From Euglena gracilis (taxonomy: Eukaryota), in assembly GCA_039621445.1 (NCBI GenBank), contig CP154954.1, positions 43,150,632-43,214,631 of the forward strand: a stretch of DNA of 64,000 nt. Direction: 5' to 3'. Under the pieces are notes generated by a model that saw only the letters and a list, made by a program, of their open reading frames with translations, made no database searches and was not told the origin of the DNA. Position numbers and translations under genes: made by a program. Below, piece by piece: positions 48,260-64,000 of the stretch; position 1 is the first letter of the stretch, and every line of letters starts with the position of its first letter.

Positions 48260-50237
48260 CTTGGACCCACTAAATGGTGCTATTTATTTCCGCATAGAAA
48301 ACTTTCACATTTGGACCATTTTGCATGCATTTTGTTGTGGGGTTGAGTAATTTTTAATTTAAGACTTCATTATATGATGATAATTCATAGCAGATGGCGT
48401 AAAATTGTTAAATTTTTAGAAAAGACCTCGGGTTTCTTCAAAAAGGAAATTTTGGGGATTAAAAAAATTTTTTGGCTACACTGAAGTTTTACCCTTCAAT
48501 CATATCCAGAACTTCACTTCTTGGCTGGGATGGGGCAAGATTTTTTATGTTCAAATTCCAAAATGAATTACATTTTCATCTTCGTCACGGAACCTTGACA
48601 AACGTTACCAATAGTAGAAACCCACCGGATTTCAAGTCCATAATTGTTTTTGCCGAGTGTTCCCATGACACCCTTGGTGCAATGGGGGAACACAGAAATC
48701 CTTTTTTTTGTTTTCTTTTGATTTTCCTTGTTATTTGCAGTGTCTTTTTTAATTATTTGACAGTAAATAAGTAGTATTTGAAGGATCTTTTCTGTTTTGA
48801 GCAAAAAAGTCTTGAATTAGAATTTTTATTTTTGCACTTTGGTCATGTTTATTGCTTTTGAAACATTTTGATGAACGTGGCCCCCTCCAAAAAAAGATCT
48901 ATAAAGTCAAATTTCAGCGCTTTTTGCAGTCTTTTTTTTTGCTTTTTTGCCCTTTCCAAGGGTCCTATATACCCCCTGCCAATTTCAACAATTTCGGCTT
49001 GCCCGCCGCCCATGAATACTGGGACTAAACAAATGTTCTGTCTCTCACATACCTCCTCATTGTCAAGTCCATTGGCAATACCATCCTAAATATACCCCCT
49101 CTTGCCTTGGTGTTTGGCGGTGCCCGTTTCATTTCTTTCATTTGGTCTTCAGTGCAAACCACCCCAAAAAGTGGGTCGCACGTGGCGAGAGGTGCAAAGG
49201 TGAGTGCAGACGATTGGACCGGATTCCATTCCAACCCCCAATTTCCATTCCGCCACTTCCCGGTGCCCCCTTTGCTTGCAGGTCAGGCTTCTGGTTTGGG
49301 GCTGTGGCCGATCTCACAGCTGGCCCTGCCTATACACCCGCACTCACCTCCCACCCCTCCCGCTTGCACGCCTCCCTGGCACCGCTGTGTGTTGTGCACC
49401 CGTTCCACTGCCTCACTGTCTGCCCCACTGTCTCACCGAACCGCCCCCCTACTGGCTGCGCTGACGCCGTTTGGCACTGCCTTTCCACTTCCACAGCTCT
49501 TGGACAAATGACACGATGTGCATTATGTTCGGGGTCTTGAAGTTTGTTGGGGGGGGAGAAGCAGTCACCCCACCCCGCCCTCCGCGAAGGAGCGCCTGGA
49601 CACAGTTTGTCCCTCTGAAGGGCCATTCGCGGAACAATGCTGCCTTGTGTGCTGTGTGTTGTGCATTTGTGTAAGGCAGACATGTCTTCCACCCTCCGTG
49701 TCTGTACCTCGCAGCATGGGTCAAGGGCCATGTTTTCGCAGGCTCCAGCGCAGAATGCCTCCGACTCTAATTATTTTGTCCCATCACGCCTCACGCCCAC
49801 CCTCACCCCGCCCAATCTTTCGTTTTCCCTGCCGATGATTGTACTCTTAGCAATGAGCATGTCCCACCTTCCCACCTGATCAAATGTTGTTTGTGAGTCG
49901 CTCATTTGTTTGACACCACATGAAAAATGGCAAATGGAAGGAAACAGTGTATCATTCACACCGATCCATAATCCACACACCACAATTCCAACTGCCTTCA
50001 TACACCTGAAAATCATGAATTCTGTGGGGAAATCATCAATGGTTTTTTTTCCTGCTTTTCTGGCATTTTAAGATATTTCACTGGAGGGACAACAAAATAT
50101 CCTGGATCCCAGATTCAGTCTGTATGGTCGGGGAGTCCTAAGAAGTCCACATCTGCAAGGAACGAATAAGGCTTGGGCACTGCCACCCAGCCAGCAAACC
50201 AGCCACCCGACCTTCTGCTTTTATCCAGACTGCCTGA

Positions 50238-50343
50238 AAGACAGACAGGCAGACAGACAGACAGACAGGCAGACAGACAGACAGACAGACAGGCAGACAG
50301 ACAGACAGACAGACATTGACAGACAGACAGATATTGACAGACA
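50238..50343. repeat. (CAGA)n microsatellite
   Basis: Direct reading. Confidence 0.9.
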
Positions 50344-51330
50344 GGTGTTGGCGACACAGAGAGCAAATTTCTGTTCCATATCAAAGCACTATTGATTTAA
50401 AATTTTATTTCGGGTTGTGTTATTAAGTTTCTGGGATTGTGTAAATTTTTGAATCATGTGTATTTTCATGGTTTTCTTTTGTTTGGCCGCTTGTAGTACT
50501 GCTCAAAGGGTCTTTTCCCAGAGTTTCAAAAGTTTCACAGTCTATTTTCATATCACGTTCATTTTTATGAAATGCAAATGCATATGTAACTTTGCATAAA
50601 GATTCAAAAAAATTGCAATTTTCGGGGAAAAATTCTTTTTACAATAATTATTTTTCTGCCAAAATGTCCCAAATAAAAGTCTAAAATCAGTTTGATCAGT
50701 TAAACTCAGTGCATGTAAATGAAGCAATGGGCCTTGCATCCAAGCTTGCATTTCGCTTTCTTTTTCTGCGCCGTTTGGTTGGGTTCATTTTTTTTCGTAA
50801 TTTGGAATTTCAGGGCACTGCGTTATTTGTGTTTTTGAGTTTTTGGAAATGAGAAATGTGCATCGTTTTTAAACACCCATGAACGTGATGGGTCTTTCCA
50901 ATCCCCTTTCCACTGAGAACAAGAGCACCAAAGGTTCTCACGGAGTTTGCCTGGAATTTTCCATCTTTGTGCTATTTTCGCATATTCTCAGCCGCCTTGT
51001 TGCATCCCTGGCAAAGGGTCCATCTTCAGCTGGGGCCGTGCAATGGGACGGGCAATGGCACCGGCACTCACAGACAATTGCGGATTGCCGGAGAGAACCG
51101 ATTGGTCAACCATTTGTTCCCCGGACGGCCCCGGCGGCCACCCGCAGCTCACGAGCCCGCCAGCCCCTTCCTTGGTTTCACTGCAGGGGCGCATCAGCAA
51201 CCCCCCCCCCCAAGGGCTGCACAGGAACGCCCGACACCCCATGGGGGTGGGGGTTCAACCCCCCCCCACCTCTCCTCCAGGCGCCTGCCCACCCCCACAT
51301 GATGCCGCGGCGCTGAGGTCGGGGCCGGGG

Positions 51331-53720
<2,390 letters not shown>

Positions 53721-56499
53721 GCCCGCCTCAGTCCCCCCTCCCCCCCCCCCCCCGCCACTGCCGTGGCCGTCGGCTGCCGTCGGCCATCCTTCTGCAGGGG
53801 GGGGGGGGGGGCTGATCATGGGTTTGCCGGGGCGGAACGTCGAGGAGCGCTGATCTTCCGGAGGCAACCGACCAACAGCGTAGTTTGCGCCCCAGCCGAA
53901 GCGCCGGCGGATTGTGCTCCTCCTCCTCCGATGACACAGGAAAACGGTCTGTCAAGCCTCCTCAGAATACCCCATCCTCAAACTTCCAGGAAAACCACCG
54001 GGATGGGGCCACCTTTTCCCCTCGTTCACATGCGTGCCATGCACCCACAGAGGGTGGGACAGCAGCTTTTTCAGATACCGCCGGAACACGTTGGCATACT
54101 TTGTGGGCCAGCAGCCCAGAAACGCCAAACCAAAACCCCATTTGTATATGCCTTCAACGGATGCCGCTCTGAGCTCTGATGACTGGTCCGGACGGGGCCC
54201 ATCTCGGGCTGAAGCACCTCCTGCTGGAGGACTGGGAGCGCCTCTGCCCCGTCATCGGCCCGCCGGAGGTCTCCCCAACGGCGCCACCCTCCGGGGAGTC
54301 GGTGATAAAAAGCGGGGTAGGATTTGCGTAAACAGGGCAAGTTTGCAGCAGAGTGGCAAGTTTCCGCCATTTGAAAGAAGTTTGCGGCAGAATTGCTTAC
54401 GAATTTTGCTGATTTGCCGGGCAATGACCATGGAAACAACCTGCCAACCCCCACAAGGAAAGGGGATGGGGATGGGATGGGGCTGTATTGTGCATGTGAC
54501 GTGCACCCACAGATGAGGGAGGGAGGGACAGCAGGACAGGATGCTTTCTGTGTATGGCTGTGTGTGTTTGTGTTCGTCTTCTTTCTTTGTCTGTGTTCAG
54601 TGGTGTGGTGTGTGCACATCTGCGTGTAACAGGAGAAAAAGCAAATTGATTTGCCCAGCTGTTCGGCACACCTTGAGCGCCAGGCGAGGCCTCTCGCCAC
54701 GCATCCACCTCATGGAGAGCCTCAAGAAGGTCGGGCCGGCCAAGCCACCCGCACCGCCCCCACAACACCCCGTCGTCGAGGAAGCCCCACTGAAGCCAGC
54801 CATCCCTGCCGGCCCCTGCTGCCGCCGCCAACTGCGTTCACTCTCCCGTGTGGTGTGCTCAGCAGCCCCCCCCCCCCCCCAGCAGCTCCAAACAAACTCT
54901 TCCGAAACAGGAGACCCATCCCCATCCCACCCCACCCCACCCCCACCCCACGGTTGCAACGTTTGGGGGAAGGCCGACCAGCAAACAAGCTCCCTGGGGC
55001 ACTTCGGGGCGTCGCGGGATGTGTCTGCGGAGAGCAGTGGTCGGGTGTGAGGCACACCCCAACCCCCACCGCTGGCCACACATGACAGCTCTGGCTACGC
55101 CCAGCCACCCCCCCCCCACATACGCCCCCCACACATGCGTGGGCCGGGCCGGCCGGCGCCCATTCCGGACACCATCCCGTGCAACGCCTCCCTGAACCAG
55201 GCCCTGGGCCTCGTCCGGAAGGCGGCGCCCCCCGCCGCCGCCCCGGCCCGCGCCGCGGAGGACTGGGCGGCCGGCAGCGACGGCGAGGCCCCCGGCAGCC
55301 CCACCGCCGCCCGGGGCTGGCTCCTCCCGACTGTGTTGCCAACAGGAAGCCCGCCAAGCCCCAGGTTCTCGGAAAGCACACTCCCTCCCAGGCCTGCTTC
55401 CCGTGCCAGACCGCCAGGGTGTGGCATCCGCCGCATGGGTCGCTGCGTCTGGGTGATCCAGCCCCGCCCACGCCGTCGCCGTCCCCATGCCCCCCCTCCC
55501 CGCCCCGCAACCCCCGATCAGCCTTCTTTTTAAGGAAGTTCGCAACCCCTGAGAGGGGTGGGGTGCTATGGGCAGGCAGGGGGAGGGGTTGGACATTTTC
55601 AAGCCCCAGTCCGGTTTTGGGTTGGTGGTGCGCTAGCACATCCCCTGGCGCCGGGGGCCCAAAAATGACCATTTTCAAGGGGAAATTGGTTCTTTTGGAA
55701 GGCACTGGAGCCCAAAACTAACCCCCTGGGGGGGGGAGGGGGGTGCCCGCAATGGCAGCACCCCATACTGCCATATTGTAACAGCACGAGGCACCCCCCG
55801 GGTTGATGAAAAGAAGCCTGCCCCCCGATGCAGAAGTTGCTCACGGGCCGCTCAAAGTTCTCCGCCCTGGCGTGGTGTTGCTCTGGCGGGCCCCAAGGTT
55901 TCCGTTGTTGTTGTATTGGAGTGTGCATTTGCCCGCACCCATATCGAGGACCATTGCAATCGAAATAAAAGTTTTTTGAAACTGGTTTTTGAAACAATGG
56001 TATGATGGGGACACTGCCATTGCCCACTCAAGCACGGTTCTATGTCAGCTTGGGGATGACCAGACAACTATGCCAGGGCTGAAACCTTGAATTGGCCCAA
56101 TGCCCAATCAGGTCCAACAATTTTCTGTAAATTCCCCAATTGTTATGATGCCCCTGAACAGATACACATAAAGGGCATCATCATACGTCCACACGCACGC
56201 CAAGCAAGTAGCTTGAAAATGAGTTTATGACAAAAAAAATTTTCCAGTGCTGATTTTTGGGAGCCATACATTATTGTGCCGCTTTCTGGGCCATTTGTGT
56301 CCCTGAGTTTGGCTGGGCCGGGGTGGGGGGAGTTGTTATCGAAAGTCTCCTCCCCTGTGACAAGTGGTCAGCCTTTCAGTCCTGTCCTCAGACACGTTTT
56401 TTGGGGGCGTTTATGCATGGGTTGGTTCAAAGGAAATCCCCCCTGCCCAACAACGACCCCGACCACAGGACACAACTCCCCGCCCCCACGTCACGCCCC

Positions 56500-58635
56500 A
56501 ACCACCGCCTGGTGGACACCGCCTGGAGCCCCGACCCCTCTCGCCACTGGCTGGTCCAGCTGTGGCAGATCCTCGTCTTCGAGGTGCTCCGCGTCTCGTT
56601 CACACAGCGCCGTGCCAACAACCCCCCCACCCCCCCCCCCGCCACATGCAACTGAGAAGCCCTATGGAGTCATACCATCCTGCGCCTCCCTGGCCGGTGT
56701 GTCGGGCCCCTGCCGCTGACCCATAACCAATACCCACCACTCGGGTCTCGGCGGTGTGCGTTGGGTCCCCTCCCCCATCCCCCCAACCTCAAGAACCTGC
56801 AATTTCTGACCAAAGGGGTGATCCGTGGCAATGGCCGGAAAAAGGCGAACGCAAAAGACCACACTCCCCCCCCCACAATGTCCCAAAAGCATACGGTGCG
56901 TCGCTATGGCGCGGCGCTGGGCCTGTCGCGTTCATCATCCAAAAGTTCGGGCTGCGCCTGCAGCAGCTGCCGTGTATCGTGGCCCCCCTGGTGCTGATGT
57001 ACCTGTGCTACACCTTCAAGCTGTTTGTGGAGTACTCCCCGCGGCGGGCCCGCCCGGGTCGGCAGTGGCTCACCCCGCAGTATTTGTGGTACGGCGCGCA
57101 CTCCAACAAGCCCAAACGCCTGGTTTGTCAGCAGTTTCGAAGTTCGAGATGCCGCCCCCTGTGGGAAGCATACGTGGGAGACAGTGCGAGGGAAAGAAGG
57201 GAAGCAGGAGCATCGGTGTCCGGGCTTCACAGCATTTTCTCTCCCCAAGCATTGAGCAACCAGTGACGGTGGGCTGTGGAGTCCGCCAGCCTCCCATCCA
57301 CTCCGCGGTCGTTTTCATGGCAAGTCGGGCACAGGCCAGACAAGTCCCTCCCCCCTGCTCGCCCCCCCCCGTCCAAATGGCACTCCTGGACGGTGGCGGG
57401 CCCACCCGGCGACGCTGTACTCGATCATCGTGGTGTTCCCGCTGTCCTTCTCCCTCAATGCGGCGTACCAGCGGCGGGAGCAGGCGCTGCAGACCCTGGC
57501 GAGCATCAAGGCATCCGGGCTGGCGGTCCATCTGTTCGGAGAGGTCTGGACCCGGAGCAGGGCCCAATGTGGGACGGGCATGCCCTATGACTATTTGACC
57601 ACATGATTATATGAGTATGATATCTTGCCACACCATGCTCCGGCCAAGGTCCCTAAAATTTTGATGTCAACAAAGACAACCTTTGTATTATTTTTTTCTG
57701 TGTTTTTTTTGTCTGCTGGCCAGATGTCTGAGTTTTTTGCCTGCACATGGGAAGTTGCCATTCAGACCTATTCCAATTTCATTTCAATTGATATTGGGAT
57801 ATGTTTGTGTGTATTGCATTTCAGGTATTTTCCAACTAGTGTGCCGAAAATTGGTCCGATAGAGCTGCACGCGCATTTATTGGCACAACTTAATTTCAAC
57901 AGAAAGGTACCATGCGGCTCTTTTTAAAGGAAGGTGGCACCCCCGGGGGATGAGTGCCATGGGCAGGCAAATCTCATTGCAGGATGGGCCCCTCCGCAGG
58001 CAGAATGTGTGGTCTTCTCTGTGGCCCAGGGACCCACTGCACCCTGTGACCGTCACAGCTGGAGCTGCCGGATACGTTCCTGGTGGACTCCGCCTATATT
58101 CTTAAATCCCAACCAGCGTGACATAGGTGGATTGGGTGTTTCTCCCCCCGTGTGTGAATGATGGTTTTATGATATAAAAAAAAATCGATCAAGAGTATTG
58201 GGTAGCTGCCAGGACTTGAAGCCAGATGTGCATTGTGAGGGTGTACAACCATTACAACACCGGGACGCATATATATGGCAGCCTCCGACCAAATGCCCCC
58301 CCGGGGGGCCCTTTAGTTGGATCAGGGGGTTCCAAAAAGAATTTGCGTTATTGACGGAGTAGGGTTAGAGTTACGAATTCGGCTTAACTTCAGGCCTAAC
58401 TTGTACACCAAACACTAATCTATAAGGTAGGCCTAACCCTAACCCTAAGTCGCAACCCTAACCCTATTCCATCAATAACGCAAAAAAAATTTGGAACCCC
58501 CTGATTCAACTAAATGGCCCCCCTGGGGGGGCCATTTAGTTGGAGGCTGCCATATATATACATAATCCGTATATATACATATATACATATATACATATAT
58601 ATGCGGGATGTATATGTATGTACGTGTATATGTAC

Positions 58636-58685
<50 letters not shown>

Positions 58686-61600
58686 GTGTGTGTATGTTTA
58701 TGTATAAACACACATGTGTGTGTATATATGTGTGTGTATGTATATGTATACGCACATATGCGGGATCGCTAAAACACCGCCAACGCACGAACACACCGTA
58801 GGCGCCAGCCAGCTCTGCACTACCCGTCCCCCCCCCCCAAGATGACTCCGCGCTGACCCCATTTCCGCTGCCTGGGCCACTACCTCACCGCGACCAGCGA
58901 GCCGGACAAGGAGGTCATCATCGGTAACATCTTCGCGCAGTTCGCCGACATGTTCTACCACGTGGATCTGTTCCGCCTCTCCGGCATCTTTCCACCGCTC
59001 GTCACCGTCCCATTCAACAACGTCATCAACATGGCTTTAGGCTTTACCCTTCCTCCAACCTGGCACAGTGGCTGGTGTTTCAGTCATGCTGTTTGCCGAC
59101 ATCTTTGGCAATATTGGGGTACGTTGGATTTGCATTATCTTCACAAAGAAAGCTTTCTGACTTCGGAAGTATTTTTCAGCTGCCCATGTGGAGTTCTGTC
59201 AACTTCCACCGACTCTTTGGAGTGAGTTTTGGTTTTTGTGTATACGACAGATGCAGGTGTTCTTTCAATGGAATTAATTATTTTTGTGAGCATGCCGCTG
59301 TTTTGCATGAGAATGTGACTGCCTCAGCCTTGCGAACACCTGTCATTTGAAACCACCTTCGTGCCAAAGTCCCCTTACTGTTTGCTCATGCTAGTCAAGG
59401 CCCCCCCCCCTCCAGTTCACTAGAGGTGCGGGAAGGCGGCGAGGGGCTGCGGGTCTTCTCCGACTACGGCACGCCGTGCTCCCTGCGCACGTTCTGCAAG
59501 GTGACCATCGGCGCCATGGCGTTCTGCTTCGCCCCGCTGTTTGCCGCCCTGTGTCTCACCGCCACGCCGCCCCAGCCCTGGCACCCCTGCCCTCCTCGGG
59601 GGGGGGGGGGGGTGGTGTGAGCCCCACTTGGCACAACGCCACCCATGTTGCCGCTGAACAGAAATGTGACAGTCATGGAGCTGGGCTGCTGCGTTGGGCA
59701 GGGATGGATCGCACCCAGGGCAAACAAGCACGGCATTGTTCTGGAAAATTGGGACGTGGTAAATGCAAAGAATAAATCATCTGAAATGCCACACCGTTTT
59801 TTTGGTCTGATAGATATGAGCACTAAATCATCTGAAAATTGTAATTTACAACACCATATGTCACTAAAGGTATTTTTCAGTGAAAACAGTAACTGGGGGG
59901 GATTAATATCTGCAAGTTTTCTGCAATTTCTGCATTTTTTCCCCTTCTGCAATTTTTCCACATGAAACTGAGATGCCAGGCAAAATGAGTTCCGGCCATT
60001 CATTGAACGTTTCTTTGACGAGGGAACCCAGGTGCTTTTTGTTGTTGTTTTGTGCAAATTTGCCGAAATTTGCCAAATTTTACAAAATTTAACAAAATTT
60101 GGCAATATCTGGGCCTTTTTTAGGCCATTCCCCGATTTCCTCTGGGAAATAATTTCGATTTTTTTTTTTGCATCCTGGTCCAGATTTAACCTCATACCAA
60201 AGTTTGCTTTAATTTTCGCTATTTTTGGATTTTTCCCCCAAGAAACACCATATTTCCAGAATCAGCATGTTCCCAAAATTACAAAAATCATGTTTTTAGA
60301 CTTTTTGTTAAAGAAAAAATGAAAAGCTCAATATTCACACTTATGTTGCAAATGGCCAAATTTTTGAATTTTTTCCAAGTACCCTCCAGCAAAAGTATTA
60401 ATTCCCAAAACTGAAATTTTCCGCAATTTTCCCGCAATTTCCACAATTTTCCGAGGCCTTTGATATCAATTTTCCCCGATCCATCAATGTTTTGGGTGTT
60501 CTGGCCCTTCCTCCCCACCCTTCCAGGAGACTGCGTAATCGGGTCTTTTGATTGAGTCCGCCCCAACCGCAGGTCCGCCCAACAAACTGTCCGGGTCTGG
60601 ATACTGGCTGGCCTGTCGACATTTCCCGGGGATGGGTCTGCCAGGAGCCACAGCCCGCAATGACTCCAGGAAGTGGGGCCCGTTCTACGGGTACATGCTG
60701 GCGTTCACCTTCTTCTGGCTGATGCTGTGCATGGACAGCATCCAGGGCATGCTGGAGAGTCCCTTCCTGCCCCCCTCGCCTCCTGCGAAGCACCGCCAGT
60801 CTGCTCCGCAGGGATTCGGAGAAGCAAGAGGCACCACTGCGGTGGGGCTGTGATGAGCGAAGCTGCCGGCAGGATTCATGGCTCCGATGAAGAGTGTTAT
60901 AGGCCAACGCTTTGTGAGGCCTGCGCCGCGAGAGTTGGCCTGGGTTGCCCTTCACCCAAAAAGTGGCAATTTCTCAAATTTTCCTGGTCAAATATGCATG
61001 ATGCATAAACTTTTGAAAAGCTCGATGGTTTTCGCCAAAAAAATGCTGAAACTCTCAGGGGCAAATTGACAGGTTCAATTGGCGGCAGGCCTTTGCTTAA
61101 GGGTTTGCAGTACCCCTACCCCCCCTCCAGGCAGCTAGTCTAGTTTGGCCAATGGAAATCCTTGGGGGTGGGGGTTCGCCAGCAGGGCTAACTTACGGAA
61201 AATTTTTCCACTGACCGGCACGAAGCGTTTAGATTTTTTTGGACCCTCAAATGCCCATTTTTGGCTGTTTGGGGGTGTTTTGGAACAAAATCAGCAAAAA
61301 AAACACCCATTAGGCGCCTCGTTCCCACCTCGGCGCGCAGCGCCAGAGGAAAGGGGGTCTGTACCCCTGAATCCCCCCCGGGAGGGGGTCCAGCTAGTCC
61401 ATTTTTCCCAGTGTAAGAAAATGGCTAGCCAGTGGCCCCCCACGGAGTCCTTAAGGAATGGCCTGGTTGGCAGGGAGGGAACTGCCACCCGAGACATTGT
61501 CTCCAAACAATTCAACAATGGGAGACAGGTTTTATGATGAGGGCAGGGGGGCTTAAGAAGCCAGGGTGACTTCCACTCTGGTCACGTTGTTTCTGGCTGC

Positions 61601-61910
61601 GCAGTGGACATTCTGAAGGTTTTTCCGAAGGGCCAAGACCATCAAACATGCCGATGTGTGGATTTGGCCACGTCGTTTGGATGCCCGCGTCGTTTGTCGT
61701 TGAGGGCCTTTGAGACTCGTCACAAAGACCGACAAACGTTATTTGGCTCTGGGCCATAGGCGTGGGCGGTGGGGCGAGGGGTCCCCAACGTTTGGCCGCA
61801 GCAACGCAGAGGACGACATCAACCTCGCGTCTCTCAAAGGTGTCGTCAAGTCCAAGAAGAAAAAGAAGAAGCCCGATGCCCGCGCCGTTGCCGAAAATCT
61901 CCTCGACACG
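56500..61910 (+). CDS. Bestrophin-like (UPF0187/YneE-type) membrane channel, multi-exon; approximate exons ~56500-56601, 56925-57040, 57408-~57540, ~58877-59035, ~59440-59555, ~60660-60768, 61787-~61905
   Basis: Family-like segments IIVVFPLSFSLNAAYQRREQAL, EGLRVFSDYGTPCSLRTF, FAPLFA, MDSIQGMLESPF and EDDINL, with hydrophobic TM stretches. Probably continuous with the exons from 51331. The 3' end is unresolved. Confidence 0.7.
58277..58551. mobile_element. Fold-back MITE with ~75-90-bp TIRs and internal telomeric repeats, in a (TA)n context
   Basis: GGCAGCCTCC...GCGTTATTGA versus TCAATAACGC...GGAGGCTGCC. Internal tagggttag and ccctaaccctaa. Flanked by ATAT runs. Confidence 0.8.
58552..58760. 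repeat. (TA)n/(TG)n compound microsatellite
   Basis: Direct reading. Confidence 0.9.
61086..61465. mobile_element. hAT-like MITE related to 53318-53611, nested in an intron
   Basis: CAGGCC...GGCCTG ends. Shared internal blocks TGCTTAAGGGTT.GCAG.ACCCC, GGAAATCCT and CGCAGCGCCAGA. Eroded TSD ATTGGCGG / GTTGGCAG. Confidence 0.75.
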
Positions 61911-61916
61911 CGTGTG

Positions 61917-61917
<1 letters not shown>

Positions 61918-61957
<40 letters not shown>

Positions 61958-61972
61958 ACACACACACATACA
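61918..61972. repeat. (CA)n microsatellite
   Basis: Direct reading. Confidence 0.9.
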
Positions 61973-64000
61973 TGGAAATAAACACGTACACACGCACACG
62001 AACACAAACACACCCAACCTCGCCGCAATCATTTAATGTCTATTAAATGAGTCTCAGGCAAAGGCCTGCTTGGGACGTGACAGTGGTGACCGAACCCCCT
62101 CGCCCTTCCTATTCCTGACCTGGCCCGCCTCTCTGACCAGCACTGGCCCGATGTCGAATGGGTTCCACATCGGTGGCAGCCTCAACTCTCTTTTGAAATG
62201 GCGTTCCACATACATCGCGAAATGGGAAGTGGCACAAGGTGGTGAGGGGTCCTCAACTGTGCCATGTCTCCAGAGTCATCACCGGGTGATTCCTAAGTTA
62301 GAGGGTGTCCCACCCCGGGGGGGGGGGGCAGCTAGCACATTTTTCCCAACCAACACCTTTTCCACAGCAGCTGCGCTGGAGACCCCTCCTCAAGGGTCTG
62401 GCACCCAAGCCCTGCCAAAAAATAACCCAAGCCCAGTTGGGTTCTATTTCATTTGTTCAACCAAATTCTTGAGGTAAAAACCTCAAAACCCAAAAAAGAA
62501 CCATTTTTCTTTGACAAACGTCATCGCAAATTGGCAGTTTGGCCGGATACATTCCTGCTTGGCCCACTGGACGCAGTCCCCCAAGCTGGGATTGGGTTCA
62601 GGTTGGCACCCGGCTGGACCCCCCTCCTGGGCTTCCCTTGGTGGGGGGGGGGGTCAACCCAGCCCCTTCTTTCCAGCCAGATCCATTTCCTAGCCAGCCG
62701 GCGGGACCTCCCCCCACCGGACCGTCTGAACCCTCCTGGTCGTCACAGCAGGGTTTCCTTATGGGGAACCTGCAATGTTAAGAAATGGGAAGATCCCGAC
62801 GCCGAAAGGAATCGATCTTCATTTTGAAACACCAATTTCAAAATGCCAGCAATCCTTGTCTCGCGCACAATTACGCATGAGAATCGGAAAAATCATCACA
62901 GAAGCCCATGTTACAATTCCATGCGACGCGGTCAGGCTCACTGCAATTTGTTGATTTTTGTTACCGATGCCAGTGACTGTGTTTTAAATCCAGCCTGCTG
63001 GCCCAGGAGATGTGTTGCCGAGCATTGTCACCCCCTTCTCTGTCCCCTGGATTTCCACTGTGTAAGTTTCTCGCCTTCCCCTGATATCTTTCTAATCGTT
63101 TTACATTGACCGCACTTTCCACATTGACCGTGTCCCCGTGTTGTTTCATTTCACAGGCAGCATAATGTGGAATCTCATGAGTTTCGATGTTGTCCCGTAT
63201 GCTAATTTTTCAGACTCCCTTTTACAGAGCTGTAATCGAGGGGAAAATGAAAATTTTCCACCTCCGGATTTTTTTATTATGCAACTGTATTTTGGTATTT
63301 ATTTTGATTGAACGTTGTGAACACCCTGATTCTAAAAACATGCAATTTATTGGCCAAATCATCCAAAAATGACAAAAAGTTGACAGAATGTTTTGTTCTC
63401 AGACAGAATGTGGAATTTTTCTAAGTCGAATGTTCAAGCAAATCCACCATCTGTTTCGTACCATGTGTTGCACCGCGTGCACTGTGTGTGGCACTGCATC
63501 AATACCACAATACACGGTTCTTTTGTTTGTGTCACGTTTTTTGAGGGTCCATGTTTCCCACCCACATGCAAGGCTGCATTGAAGGATGAAGGTCGCTGCA
63601 GATGTGCCAGGATGCGCTCCAGAACGGAACCAGGCAGGGATTTTCAACGGTTGGACCCTCAGGGGGTAGAGTGTGTAGGTCCGCCGGACCCCCAAAGGTA
63701 CCCCAAGAGCCTTGTGGGTCCCCGGCCAGAGGCGGGTTTTGGATCATTTTTGGCTTTCTTGACCCCCAAAATTGGCCCCAAACAGTGTCCCCCGGACCCC
63801 CTCCCACCCCGGTCTTTAAAAAAATCCCGGGGGCAGGGGATAGGAATCAGCGTGAAGTTCCAGCAAAATGATTGCAATAAAGGTCGATTTTTTTGCCCAC
63901 CTTTCCTGTGGACATACGTGTGCTGGGAGCAGGCTTGTACTTGCCCATCGGGGGGTGGGTGGGTGGGTGGGTGCAAGAGGGTGCCTGCCCCTGGCAGGCA

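Overview
Eukaryotic genomic DNA, most likely from a euglenid: it has TTAGGG repeats, GT-AG introns and euglenid-type non-conventional stem-loop introns. Bases 1-45.9 kb are a nest of retroelements. Degenerate DIRS-like tyrosine-recombinase retrotransposon fragments (RT, RNase H, adenine MTase, YR) host copies of a ~16.5 kb Ty3/gypsy chromovirus: one full-length, one 3'-truncated, one inverted fragment, and one truncated member of a sister family. This element is unusual in several ways. Pol carries a DIRS/Dam-type N6-adenine methyltransferase-like domain between protease and RT. Gag and pol are in frame across a conserved UAG followed by a strong hairpin (probable readthrough). A ~1,840-aa non-Env third ORF has a Cys-rich finger and signs of purifying selection. 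It also has a bipartite tRNA-iMet PBS and three 3'-UTR hairpins with an identical UAUUCG loop. Bases 46-64 kb hold host genes: a Tctex1/DYNLT dynein light chain with GT-AG introns, and a SAM-domain plus bestrophin-like gene split by non-conventional introns. One of those introns is a hAT-like MITE with a perfect 8-bp TSD, and related MITEs lie elsewhere in the window. The 3+5 nt offset of non-conventional splice sites removes exactly one TSD copy, which points to an intron-generating transposon system. All calls are by eye, with no database searches.
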